NCBI RefSeq assembly: GCF_047921035.1
Contig: NZ_JBLRWX010000006.1
Span: 2,841 to 66,840 of the forward strand
Origin: Natronococcus sp.
GTDB lineage: Archaea > Halobacteriota > Halobacteria > Halobacteriales > Natrialbaceae
Direction of reading: 5' to 3'
Length of the DNA: 64,000 nucleotides
Each line of letters starts with the position of its first letter. The stretch's first letter is position 1. The notes beneath the pieces were generated by a model, which ran no database searches, had not been told where the DNA came from, and was given only the letters and a program-made list of their open reading frames with translations. Shown one piece after another: positions 1 through 8,217 of the stretch. The translations under genes and the position numbers were made by a program.

Positions 1-23
1 CGCGTTATCGCAAAGATGTAGGC

Positions 24-881
24 ATGGCGACCCAAGACCGTTGGAATCGACGGCGCGTTCTGGTTTTGGCGGGCGGGATGTCGGCCCTCGCAGGGTGTAG
101 TACGGACGACGAGTCCACGGACGGATCGGAACCGAACGACGAGAACGAAACCGACGAGGTCGACGACGGAGACGACGCGGAGACCGACGGCCTCGAGGAC
201 GAGACCGACGATGACGAGGCGGAAGCGGAACCCGACGAGGACGCTGAGGACGACGAGCCCGCGGAGGAATCCGACGAGGACGACGAGGCAGTGGAGAAAC
301 CCGAACTGGCGGAGTTCACCCTCCGGGTCGTCGACGCCAACGGCGATCCGGCCGAGGCGATGCTCGTCGTCGGGGAAGGAGAGCCCCACGACGCCGATAT
401 TCCCCTCGAGTTCACGGGCGTGACGGGATCGGAGGGGTACCACCACAACGTGATCTACGAGAACGAGTACACGATCGAGATCGACCACCCCGACTACGAG
501 GGGACCACGATCGAACACACCCACGACGGCCCGAGCGAGGTCACGGCCGAACTCGACGTCGAGGTGGATACCGACGACTCCGACGCGGACGACGACCCGT
601 CCGGGGCCGAGGCGCCCGACCACGCGGAGCTCGTCCTCCGGGCCGTCGGGGCCGACGGCGACCCGATCTCGGGCGCGGTCGTCAGCGGCGAAGGTGAGCC
701 CCACGAGGCCGACATCCCCCTCGAGTTCACGGGCATCACCGGCGGACAGGGGTACCACCACAACCTGATCTACGAGAACGAGTACACGATCGAAGTCGAC
801 CACTCCGACTACGAACCGACGACGGTCGAGCACACTCACGACGGCGACCACGAGCTAACCGTCGAACTCGAGGCCGAGTAG
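24..881 (+). CDS. Secreted Tat-lipoprotein with acidic linker and two tandem ~85-aa beta-rich (carboxypeptidase-regulatory/Ig-like) repeats
   Basis: 285-aa ORF. N-terminus MATQDRWNRRRVLVLAGGMSALAGC has a twin-arginine motif, a hydrophobic core and lipobox LAGC. Long Asp/Glu linker. Residues 96-180 and 201-285 are about 70% identical. Confidence 0.7.
   Translation: MATQDRWNRRRVLVLAGGMSALAGCSTDDESTDGSEPNDENETDEVDDGDDAETDGLEDETDDDEAEAEPDEDAEDDEPAEESDEDDEAVEKPELAEFTLRVVDANGDPAEAMLVVGEGEPHDADIPLEFTGVTGSEGYHHNVIYENEYTIEIDHPDYEGTTIEHTHDGPSEVTAELDVEVDTDDSDADDDPSGAEAPDHAELVLRAVGADGDPISGAVVSGEGEPHEADIPLEFTGITGGQGYHHNLIYENEYTIEVDHSDYEPTTVEHTHDGDHELTVELEAE
309..878 (+). repeat. Intragenic tandem duplication (two ~255-nt copies, 309-563 and 624-878)
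   Basis: Copies align at nucleotide level, e.g. ccccacga.gccga.at.cccctcgagttcacgggc and ggtaccaccacaac.tgatctacgagaacgagtacacgatcga. The encoded peptides are AEFTLRVV...TAELDVE and AELVLRAV...TVELEAE. Confidence 0.85.
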
Positions 882-953
882 CTCGCAACCGAAACCGTAG
901 CGAGGTTACTGGAACCCTGAGCGGATCCGTCGATCAGTACCGGTACCGCCGTT

Positions 954-976
954 GTGGACTCGCGGGGATGTTGAAC
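954..976 (-). repeat. Partial copy of the 3' end (T-loop to discriminator) of the adjacent tRNA-Ala
   Basis: gtggactcgcggggatgttgaac (954-976) versus gtggactcgcggggat-ttgaac (1092-1113): 22 of 23 nt match, with one inserted g. Same orientation, 117 nt beyond the tRNA 3' end. Confidence 0.7.
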
Positions 977-1092
977 TACGCCCAGACGTTCCGGGTCGCT
1001 CGCTGCGCTCGCTTCCCGGCTGCGACTGGTCTCGTTCAAATCCCGCTCGTATCACGAATTTGCGGCTCGCGAATTGCTCGCCGCAAAATTAG

Positions 1093-1164
1093 TGGACTCG
1101 CGGGGATTTGAACCCCGGGCCTTCCCCGTGCCAGGGGGATGATCTACCACTGATCTACGAGCCC
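1093..1164 (-). tRNA. tRNA-Ala (anticodon GGC)
   Basis: The reverse complement folds as a 72-nt cloverleaf: acceptor GGGCTCG/CGAGTCC with the G3:U70 alanine identity pair, D-stem GATC/GATC, anticodon stem TCCCC/GGGGA with loop CTGGCAC, T-arm CGGGG-TTCAAAT-CCCCG, discriminator A. No encoded CCA. A T-tract (AATTTT) follows. Confidence 0.93.
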
Positions 1165-1195
1165 TCTCTGCACTTCCCACTTTCGCACACACCGG

Positions 1196-1201
1196 TATAA
1201 A
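1196..1201 (-). promoter_or_regulatory. TATA-like box (TTTATA) upstream of tRNA-Ala
   Basis: gtttatacc on the minus strand, 32-37 nt upstream of the mature tRNA 5' end. Confidence 0.4.
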
Positions 1202-1381
1202 CCCCTCGATATCGGGCGACAGCGGCGGGGAGGGGCACGGTACGTGATCTCGAGCCACGCCGGTCTTGTCGATCGCGTCGCAGTCCTCGAGCGCGCCGAA
1301 TCGCCGGCGGGCACCCGCGTCCATGAGAAAAGATTAGGCAGATACTGCCGTTGGGTGTGAACGGGAACCATAAAAACGACA

Positions 1382-3010
1382 ATGCGGACCACGGACTTCC
1401 TCGACCGGGCCGTCGACCTCTACGACGACGTGACGGGTATCGTCGCCCACGACGGGACGGAGTACACCTACGCGGAGGTGAACGAGCGGGTGAACCAACT
1501 GGCGCACGCCCTCGAGGAGAGCGGCGTCGAGCGGGGCGACCGGGTCGCGCTGCTGGCGCCGAACACCCACTACTTCATCGAGACGCTGTACGCGACGAAC
1601 AAACTGGGGGCGGTGTTCGTCCCGTTGAACTACCGCCTGACAAGCGGCGAGTACGAGTACATCCTCGGGGACTGTGCCGCGAACACCCTCATCGCCGACT
1701 ACGACTACGCCGAGAAGGTCGAGCCGATCCGCGACTCGATCCCGGCCGAGACGTTCGTCGGCTACCGGGCCGACGAGATCGAGGGGGAGTGGACCGACTA
1801 CGAGACGTTCCTGGACGGCCAGCCCGCCGAAGAACCCGACCGCCCCGACATCGGCGAGGACGACGACGCCAGTATCAACTACACCTCGGGGACGACGGGC
1901 GACCCGAAGGGTGTCGTCCGAACCCACCGCACGGAACACTGGCACGCCCTCGTGCTGAACCAGCACATGGAGATCCGGGACGACGACAACTACCTCTGGA
2001 CGCTGCCGATGTTCCACTGCAACGGCTGGGGGCACACGTACGCGATCACGGGCACGGGCGGCACCCACGTCTGCCAGCGCACCTTCGACGCCGAGGGTGT
2101 CTTCGATCGGGTGCGAGAGTACGACGTCACGTTCATGTGCGGCGCGCCGACGGTGCTGAACTCGCTGATCCAGTACCACGGCGAGCACGCTGCGCCGGAG
2201 GGGCAGCGAGGCGAAGGCGGTGAAACCGCCGGAGCGTTCGAGACGACCGGTGACCGCGACGTTCGGATCGCGACCGCCGGCAGCGCCCCCGCCACGGCGA
2301 CCATCGAGACCGTCGAGGACGAGTTCGACTGGCGGATCATCCACATCTACGGGCTGACGGAGACGGCGCCGATCATCACGACCAGCAACTCGCCGCGCCG
2401 GCTCGCCCAGCGCGGGCGCGAACTCAAGATCAAGCAGGGCGCCGAAACGCTCTGTACCGACGTCAGAGTCGTCGACGAGGACGGCGAGGAGGTCCCCCGC
2501 GACGGGGAGACGATCGGCGAGATCGTCGTCCGGGGCAACCAGGTGATGGATCGGTACCTCAACAAGCCCGACGCGACAGAGGAGGCGTTCTCCGAGCGCC
2601 TCGAGGGCTACTTCCACACGGGCGACCTCGCGACGATCGACGAGGACGGGATGGTCGCGATCCAGGACCGCAAGAAGGACATCATCATCTCCGGCGGGGA
2701 GAACATCTCGAGCATCGAACTCGAGGACGTCCTCTACGACCACCCGGCCGTCCAGAAGGCGGCGGTGATCCCCGTCCCCAGCGAGCAGTGGGGCGAGACG
2801 CCGAAGGCGCTGATCGTCCCCCGCGCGGACGCCGAGCCGACCGAGGACGAGATCGTCGACTTCGTCACGGACCACCTCGCGGGCTACAAGAAGCCCACCA
2901 GCGTCGAGATCGTCGAGGATCTCCCGGAGACGGCGACGGGGAAAGTCCAGAAGTACGAACTCCGCGAGGAGTACTGGGACGACGCGGAGCGACGCGTCGG
3001 CCAGCAGTAA
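1382..3010 (+). CDS. AMP-forming acyl-CoA synthetase (medium/long-chain fatty-acid--CoA ligase family), paralog 1
   Basis: 542-aa ORF. AMP-binding signature INYTSGTTGDPKGV, then WTLPMFHCNGW, YGLTET, GDLATIDEDGMVAIQDRKKDIIISGGENISS, and a C-terminal ETATGKVQKYELR. Confidence 0.9.
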   Translation: MRTTDFLDRAVDLYDDVTGIVAHDGTEYTYAEVNERVNQLAHALEESGVERGDRVALLAPNTHYFIETLYATNKLGAVFVPLNYRLTSGEYEYILGDCAANTLIADYDYAEKVEPIRDSIPAETFVGYRADEIEGEWTDYETFLDGQPAEEPDRPDIGEDDDASINYTSGTTGDPKGVVRTHRTEHWHALVLNQHMEIRDDDNYLWTLPMFHCNGWGHTYAITGTGGTHVCQRTFDAEGVFDRVREYDVTFMCGAPTVLNSLIQYHGEHAAPEGQRGEGGETAGAFETTGDRDVRIATAGSAPATATIETVEDEFDWRIIHIYGLTETAPIITTSNSPRRLAQRGRELKIKQGAETLCTDVRVVDEDGEEVPRDGETIGEIVVRGNQVMDRYLNKPDATEEAFSERLEGYFHTGDLATIDEDGMVAIQDRKKDIIISGGENISSIELEDVLYDHPAVQKAAVIPVPSEQWGETPKALIVPRADAEPTEDEIVDFVTDHLAGYKKPTSVEIVEDLPETATGKVQKYELREEYWDDAERRVGQQ

Positions 3011-3081
3011 GCCGAACGGGTTCGATTCGCGTTCCAACGCGGCCTTTCGCTCTCGACACCGATTGATCCATCCGCAAGGAG

Positions 3082-3108
3082 TATAATGAACGATATCCAA
3101 GGATATCG
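3082..3108 (+). promoter_or_regulatory. TATA-like box (tataat, 3082-3087) followed by a perfect 8-2-8 inverted repeat cgatatcc-aa-ggatatcg (3091-3108)
   Basis: The TATA lies 25-30 nt upstream of ATG 3112. The palindrome fills the space between the TATA and the start codon. Confidence 0.35.
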
Positions 3109-3111
3109 TAT

Positions 3112-4734
3112 ATGGAGGTTCCGCTCCTCGTAACCGACTTTCTCGACCGCGCACGGAAGTACTACGGCGACGAAGAGGCCGTCGTCGCCACGACGGGTGA
3201 ACGCTACACCTACGACGAGTTCGGAGACCGCGCCGACCGCCTTTCCGCGGTACTCCAGGAGCGGGGCATCGAGAAGGGCGATCGGGTGGCGGTGCTCGAT
3301 CCGAACACCCACTACCACCTCGAGTCGGCCTACGGGATCATGCAGCTCGGAGCGATCCACACCCCGTTGAACTACCGGCTGACGCCCGATGATTACGAGT
3401 ACATGCTCTCGGACGCGGGCGTCGACGCCGTCGTCGCGGACTACGAGTACGCCCACAAGATCGACGCCGTTCGCGACGAGGTGCCGACGGAGACGTTTAT
3501 CGCGACCGACGCCGACGCCCTCGAGGACTGTGAGGGCGAGTGGGAGGACTTCGAGGCGCTCATCGAGGACGCCTCGCCCGACTACGACCGCCCCGAGATG
3601 AGCGAGGACGACGTCATCACGATCAACTACACCTCGGGGACGACGGGCGATCCCAAGGGGGTCATGCGAACCCACCGGACCGAGTCGCTCCACGCCCAGC
3701 TGGTGACGATCCACCACGAGATCCGCGACGACGACGTCTACCTCTGGACGCTGCCGATGTTCCACGTCAACGGCTGGGGACACATCTACGCGATCACGGG
3801 GATGGGCGCGAAACACGTCTGTACGCGAGGGACCGACGCCGAGACGAACCTCCGGCAGATCCGTGAGGAGGACGTCTCCTTCCTCTGCTGTGCGCCGACC
3901 GTCCTCACCCTGTTCGAGGAGTACCTCGAGAACGAGAACGTCCCGACGACCGGCGACGCGCCGATGCGGGTCACCGCGGCCGGTGCCGCCCCGCCCGAGA
4001 GCATCATCGAGACCGTCGAGACCGAGTTCGGCTGGCACTTCCGCCAGCTCTACGGCGCGACCGAGACCGGACCCCTGATCGGTACCTCCGCGACCCGGCG
4101 GCTGATCGACGAGGGCAGCGACGAACGGTTCGCCCTCAAGAAGCGCCAGGGGATCGCCCCGCTGGCGACCGAGGTCGAGGTCGTCGACGACGACGGGAAC
4201 GAAGTGCCCTGGGACGACGAGACGATCGGCGAGATCCTCGTCCGGGGCAACCAGGTGATGGAGGGCTACTGGGAGAAACCCGAGGAGACCGAGGAGGCGT
4301 TCGACGACAAACGCGAAGGGTGGTTCCACACCGGCGACCTGGCGGTCGTGAACGAAGACGGCCTGATGGCGATCCAGGACCGCAAGAAGGACATCATCGT
4401 CTCGGGCGGGGAGAACATCTCGAGCATCGAACTCGAGGACACCCTCTTCGACCACCCCGACGTCGGCGACGTCGCGATCATCCCCGCGCCAAGCGAGAAG
4501 TGGGGCGAGACGCCGAAGGCGTTCGTCGTCCCCGCCAACGGCGACCCGGAGAACCCCCCCGTAACCGCGGACGATCTGACGGCCTACACCCGCGAGCGGC
4601 TCGCCGGCTACAAGGTGGTCCACCAGGTCGAGTTCGTCGACGAACTCCCCAAGACCGCGACGGGCAAGATCCAAAAGTACGAACTCCGCGAACGGGAGTG
4701 GGAGGACGAGGAGTCGATGGTCGGACAGGGCTGA
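3112..4734 (+). CDS. AMP-forming acyl-CoA synthetase, paralog 2 (tandem to 1382-3010)
   Basis: 540-aa ORF collinear with paralog 1: INYTSGTTGDPKGV, WTLPMFHVNGW, YGATETGP, GDLAVVNEDGLMAIQDRKKDIIVSGGENISS, KTATGKIQKYELR. Confidence 0.9.
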   Translation: MEVPLLVTDFLDRARKYYGDEEAVVATTGERYTYDEFGDRADRLSAVLQERGIEKGDRVAVLDPNTHYHLESAYGIMQLGAIHTPLNYRLTPDDYEYMLSDAGVDAVVADYEYAHKIDAVRDEVPTETFIATDADALEDCEGEWEDFEALIEDASPDYDRPEMSEDDVITINYTSGTTGDPKGVMRTHRTESLHAQLVTIHHEIRDDDVYLWTLPMFHVNGWGHIYAITGMGAKHVCTRGTDAETNLRQIREEDVSFLCCAPTVLTLFEEYLENENVPTTGDAPMRVTAAGAAPPESIIETVETEFGWHFRQLYGATETGPLIGTSATRRLIDEGSDERFALKKRQGIAPLATEVEVVDDDGNEVPWDDETIGEILVRGNQVMEGYWEKPEETEEAFDDKREGWFHTGDLAVVNEDGLMAIQDRKKDIIVSGGENISSIELEDTLFDHPDVGDVAIIPAPSEKWGETPKAFVVPANGDPENPPVTADDLTAYTRERLAGYKVVHQVEFVDELPKTATGKIQKYELREREWEDEESMVGQG

Positions 4735-4829
4735 CACGGAACGGCTGCGTTTTCGGGAGCGGAAGGCGGTCACCGCAGGACGCAACCCTTTAGTCGCTGC
4801 TCCCGGTAGCGACGGTGGGAAGCGCACGG

Positions 4830-4909
4830 CCGCAAATCCGACTCGCTGTCCATCCTTTCGGGCAGCTTGGGATTGCGGAAGTGCACGGACAGCCGGCTCC
4901 CCGGCTGTC
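4830..4909 (+). promoter_or_regulatory. Two predicted stem-loops upstream of rps15
   Basis: Outer stem ccgcaaatcc (4830-4839) pairs with ggattgcgg (4870-4878). A perfect 9-bp hairpin gacagccgg-ctcc-ccggctgtc spans 4888-4909 and ends 38 nt before the rps15 ATG. Confidence 0.3.
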
Positions 4910-4947
4910 GAACACTCGAGCGGTCAGTGCGGTTCCTATCCTCACCA

Positions 4948-5415
4948 ATGGCACGAATGCATACCCGCCGTCGCGGCTCGTCCGGATCGGACAAGCCGAC
5001 GGCAGACGAACCGCCGGAGTGGAGCGACGTCGACGCGGACGAGATCGAAGCCCGCGTCGTCGAACTGGCAGAGCAGGGCCACGATCCCAGCCAGATCGGG
5101 ATCAAGCTGCGCGACGAGGGCGTCACGGGCACCCCAGTTCCGGACGTCAAGCTGGCGACCGGCAAGAAGATCACCGAGATCCTCGAAGAGAACGACGCGA
5201 AAGCCGACATCCCCGAGGACCTGCGCAGCCTGATGAAACGCGCCGTGCGCCTGCGCGAGCACGTCCGGGAGAACCCCCAGGACTACCAGAACAAGCGCGC
5301 CCTGCAGAACACCGAGTCGAAGGTCCGTCGCTTGGTCAACTACTACCGCGGCGACGAGCTTGAGGCCGACTTCCAGTACTCCTACGACGTGGCGGTCGAG
5401 CTCCTCGAGGAGTAA
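4948..5415 (+). CDS. rps15: 30S ribosomal protein S15 (uS15)
   Basis: Internal ATG of ORF 4867-5415. MARMHTRRRGSSGSDKP... is a typical archaeal S15 N-terminus. C-terminal ...LQNTESKVRRLVNYYRG. 155 aa. Confidence 0.92.
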   Translation: MARMHTRRRGSSGSDKPTADEPPEWSDVDADEIEARVVELAEQGHDPSQIGIKLRDEGVTGTPVPDVKLATGKKITEILEENDAKADIPEDLRSLMKRAVRLREHVRENPQDYQNKRALQNTESKVRRLVNYYRGDELEADFQYSYDVAVELLEE

Positions 5416-5418
5416 GGA

Positions 5419-6597
5419 ATGTCCACCGAGGGTCGAACCGCCGACGCGACGCTAGCCCCCCTCGAGAGCGCCGGCTTCGTCCGGCTCGTGGCCAGCGCCG
5501 ACGGCGACGCGCTCGCGGCGACCGGGCTGCTCGCGCGGGCGATTCGCGAGCGCGGAACGCCGTTCCAGGTAACCGTCGGCCGCACCGTCGCCGAACGAAC
5601 CGAACGGGCGACGATCGGCGAACCCGAGACCGACGACGCGACGATCGTCGTCGGCAGCGCCGACCCCGACCTCGAGGCGACTCGGCTTGCGGCGGCCGAC
5701 AGAGCCGCCACGCTCGAGGCCGTCGAACTCGTTCGCGGGCTGGGCGGAGCGCCCGACCCCGTCCTCGCGCTCGCGGGACTCGTCGCGGCCGGGAGCGATC
5801 CCGGTGCCGGCGAGAGCGAGTGGATGCTCGAGACCGCTCGCGATCGCGGTCTCGTCGATCGGCGACCCGGAGTCGCGGTGCCGACCGCGGATCCGGTCGA
5901 CGGCCTCGCACACTCGACGCGCGTTCGCGCGCCGTGGTCCGGCGACCCGGACGCGGTCCGGGACGCGCTTTCGGAACTCGACGTTCCCGAACCCGACGCG
6001 CTCGAGGTCGACGATCACCGGGCGATCGGCTCGCTGGTCGCGCTGGATGCGGTCGGTGACGAGGACGCGGTCGAGGCGAGCGCCCGATCGATCGGGCGCG
6101 CGCTGAAGCCGTACGCGACGCCGGAGGGGTCGTTCGCGACCGTCGGCGGCTACGCCGACGTGCTGGCGGCGACGGCCCGAACCGAACCGGGAACCGGCGT
6201 CGCGCTCGCGATGGGCCACGGCGTCGATCGAGCCGCGCTCGAGGCCTGGCGAACCCACGGCCGACGCGCACACGCGGCGCTCGATTCCGCTTCGGTCAGC
6301 CGACACGACGGGCTGTTCGTCCTCGCGATCGAGGACGGCCCCGTCGAGACGGTCGCCGAGGTCGCCGTGGCCTACCGGTCGCCGGAATCGACCGTCCTGG
6401 TCGTCGGCGACGGCGAGGCCGCGCTCGCGACCCGCGCGGACGACTCGCTCGGCGCGACGACCGAGGCGATCGCCAGATCGCTCGAGGGTGACGTCGACGG
6501 ACTCGAGTATGACGACGGCCGACGGCGAGGCTACCTGCGGTACGACCCCAAGACGGACGACTCGACGATCATCGCGACCACGAGGGAGTTCAGATGA
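5419..6597 (+). CDS. RecJ-like (DHH-superfamily-related) protein with degenerate catalytic motifs
   Basis: 392-aa ORF starting 4 nt after rps15. N-terminal VRLVASADGDALAATGLLARAI resembles DHH motif I, but no clear DHH triad is visible. Position between rps15 and pcc1 matches my recollection of haloarchaeal RecJ-like genes. Confidence 0.55.
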   Translation: MSTEGRTADATLAPLESAGFVRLVASADGDALAATGLLARAIRERGTPFQVTVGRTVAERTERATIGEPETDDATIVVGSADPDLEATRLAAADRAATLEAVELVRGLGGAPDPVLALAGLVAAGSDPGAGESEWMLETARDRGLVDRRPGVAVPTADPVDGLAHSTRVRAPWSGDPDAVRDALSELDVPEPDALEVDDHRAIGSLVALDAVGDEDAVEASARSIGRALKPYATPEGSFATVGGYADVLAATARTEPGTGVALAMGHGVDRAALEAWRTHGRRAHAALDSASVSRHDGLFVLAIEDGPVETVAEVAVAYRSPESTVLVVGDGEAALATRADDSLGATTEAIARSLEGDVDGLEYDDGRRRGYLRYDPKTDDSTIIATTREFR

Positions 6598-6878
6598 GCC
6601 GACGAGCGACGATCCGGACGACCCACGACGATCCGGCGCTGATCGCGCGTTCGATCGCACCGGACAACACCGACGAGATGGAGACGACGGTCGACGACGA
6701 CGCTCCCTCGAGCGACGACGCGGTCGTCACCCGGATCGAACGCGAGACGACGTCGGGGCTGCAGTCGACGGTCGACGACTACGTGGTCAACCTCGCGGTC
6801 GCGATCGAGGTCGCACAGCACGCACACCCGACGGACACGGGCACTGTGTCCGACACCCCAGATAACACCCAACTATGA
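6594..6878 (+). CDS. pcc1: KEOPS complex subunit Pcc1-like protein
   Basis: 94-aa ORF with ATGA overlap to both neighbours. ...IARSIAPDNTDEMETTV...VTRIERETTSGLQSTVDDYVVNLAVAIEV resembles Pcc1/CTAG. Confidence 0.65.
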   Translation: MSRRATIRTTHDDPALIARSIAPDNTDEMETTVDDDAPSSDDAVVTRIERETTSGLQSTVDDYVVNLAVAIEVAQHAHPTDTGTVSDTPDNTQL

Positions 6879-7516
6879 GTGAACGATCGGTTTCACGCAC
6901 GAAACAGGAAAAGCGGTGGTACACCATCCTCGCGCCCGAGCAGTTCGATCGCAAGGAACTCGGTGAGACCCCCGCCGACGAACCGGAGAAAGTCTACGAC
7001 CGCACCATCGAAACGACGCTCGGCGAGATAACGGACAACGCCAGCGAGAATAACACGAAGCTGACCTTCAAGGTCACCGACGTCGGCAGCGACGCGGCGT
7101 ACACGGAGTTTCAGGAACACGCCCTGACCCGCGACTACCTGCGCTCGCTCGTCCGCCGCGGTGCCTCGAAGGTCGAGGCCTACGTGACGGTCCTTACGAC
7201 CGACGACTACCGCGTCCAGGTCCAGCCCGTCGCCTTCACGACCAAGAAGGCAGACGCGAGCCAGGAGAAAGCCATCCGCGAGCAGATGGTCCGGATGGTC
7301 GAGGAGGCCGCCGCAGAGCGGACCTTCGACGAGCTCATCGACAGCATCGTCGAGGGCCGACTCTCCTCGGCGATCTACGGCGAGGCCAAGACGATCTACC
7401 CGCTTCGCCGCGTCGAGATCCAGAAGACCACCCTCGAGGCCCACCCCGAGGAAGTCGCCGAGGAGGAAGCGACCTCCGTCGACGTCGACGAGGAAGACGT
7501 CGCAGCCGAGAACTGA
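6875..7516 (+). CDS. rps3ae: 30S ribosomal protein S3Ae (eS1)
   Basis: 213-aa ORF. KQEKRWYTILAPEQFDRKELGETPADEPEKVYDRTIETTLGEI is characteristic of S3Ae. Acidic C-terminal tail. Confidence 0.9.
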   Translation: MSERSVSRTKQEKRWYTILAPEQFDRKELGETPADEPEKVYDRTIETTLGEITDNASENNTKLTFKVTDVGSDAAYTEFQEHALTRDYLRSLVRRGASKVEAYVTVLTTDDYRVQVQPVAFTTKKADASQEKAIREQMVRMVEEAAAERTFDELIDSIVEGRLSSAIYGEAKTIYPLRRVEIQKTTLEAHPEEVAEEEATSVDVDEEDVAAEN

Positions 7517-7534
7517 CGCGACGCTCGAGTTCGA

Positions 7535-7539
7535 TTTTT
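7535..7539 (+). terminator. T5 tract downstream of rps3ae
   Basis: tcgatttttctg, 19 nt after the stop codon, between convergent genes. Archaeal terminators are typically oligo-T. Confidence 0.35.
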
Positions 7540-7563
7540 CTGCGCTCGGTCGAGAAGCGACGG

Positions 7564-8004
7564 CTACTCGACGAGTATCTCGCCGATCATGCCGCCCTTG
7601 ACGTGGGGTTCGCAGATGTAGGTGTAGGTTCCGGGAACCTCGAAGGTGTGTTCGTAGGTGTCGCGGGTGCTGAGTCGCCCGCCGCGGTACTCGTGCCAGG
7701 CGTCGATCGCCGTGTCCTCGTCCTCGTAGCCGCCGCTGGCGAAGTAGTCGGCCTCGTCGGGAATCTGGTTCTCGAGGGCGGTGACGGTGTGGTCGGCGCC
7801 GCTCGTGTTCTTCCAGACGACGGTGTCGCCGACGCTCGCGGTGTAGGTTTCGGGGAGGAACTCGTTGCGACTCATCCCGATATCACACTCGTCGCCGGCA
7901 CACGGACCGTCGTCGTCCTCGAGGACGCTGAGGACGGACGAACAGCCGGCCAGCCCGGCCGAGGCGGCGGTCCCGACGGCGGCAAGGTAGACGCGCCGGT
8001 GCAT
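7564..8004 (-). CDS. Halocyanin (type-1 blue copper protein), Tat-lipoprotein
   Basis: 146-aa ORF. MHRRVYLAAVGTAASAGLAGCSS (RR motif + lipobox). Copper ligands in GADHTV and YICEPHVKGGMIG (Cys-x2-His-x4-Met). Confidence 0.88.
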   Translation of the reverse strand: MHRRVYLAAVGTAASAGLAGCSSVLSVLEDDDGPCAGDECDIGMSRNEFLPETYTASVGDTVVWKNTSGADHTVTALENQIPDEADYFASGGYEDEDTAIDAWHEYRGGRLSTRDTYEHTFEVPGTYTYICEPHVKGGMIGEILVE

Positions 8005-8217
8005 ACGCGAGCGTTAGGACGGTCGCGGTATAACGGGTCCGGTTCGATTCTCGAACGGGGCGGCTCAGTGGCGAACACGTTCGCGAGCCGCGGAACTCCC
8101 GCCGTCGGCTTCGGCTCTCGAATCGAGGACGCCGGAGTCGGGAACTCGCCACTTCGAATCAGCGATTATTCCACCGAAACGAAAACACGTAAGGTATCGG
8201 CCTCCCGTATCGAACGT

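Noticed and set aside
180-300. Short-period GA(C/G)-rich repeats that look like tandem repeats or spacer-repeat arrays. They also occur at about 9040-9480, 26280-26560 and 47680-47800.
   Set aside because: They are in-frame Asp/Glu-rich low-complexity coding tracts of halophilic proteins. There is no regular repeat-spacer periodicity, so this is not CRISPR or a satellite.
1334-3154. 606-aa minus-strand ORF antisense to the first acyl-CoA synthetase. Many similar long antisense or out-of-frame ORFs exist: 2884-4827, 8065-10260, 10537-11772, 14031-15524, 15259-16971, 29556-31343, 34961-37813, 38047-40200, 49761-51482, 53851-55866, 57242-59602, 58749-60971, 61600-63180.
   Set aside because: Their translations are Arg/Gly/Pro/Val-rich low-complexity strings with no recognisable motifs, which is typical of stop-codon-poor alternative frames in ~65% GC DNA. 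In every case the other strand or frame encodes a protein with clear family signatures.
8040-8065. GGTTCGATTC T-loop-like motif in the halocyanin-pssA intergenic region, considered as a possible tRNA.
   Set aside because: The flanking bases do not form a T-stem, and no acceptor or anticodon arms can be drawn.
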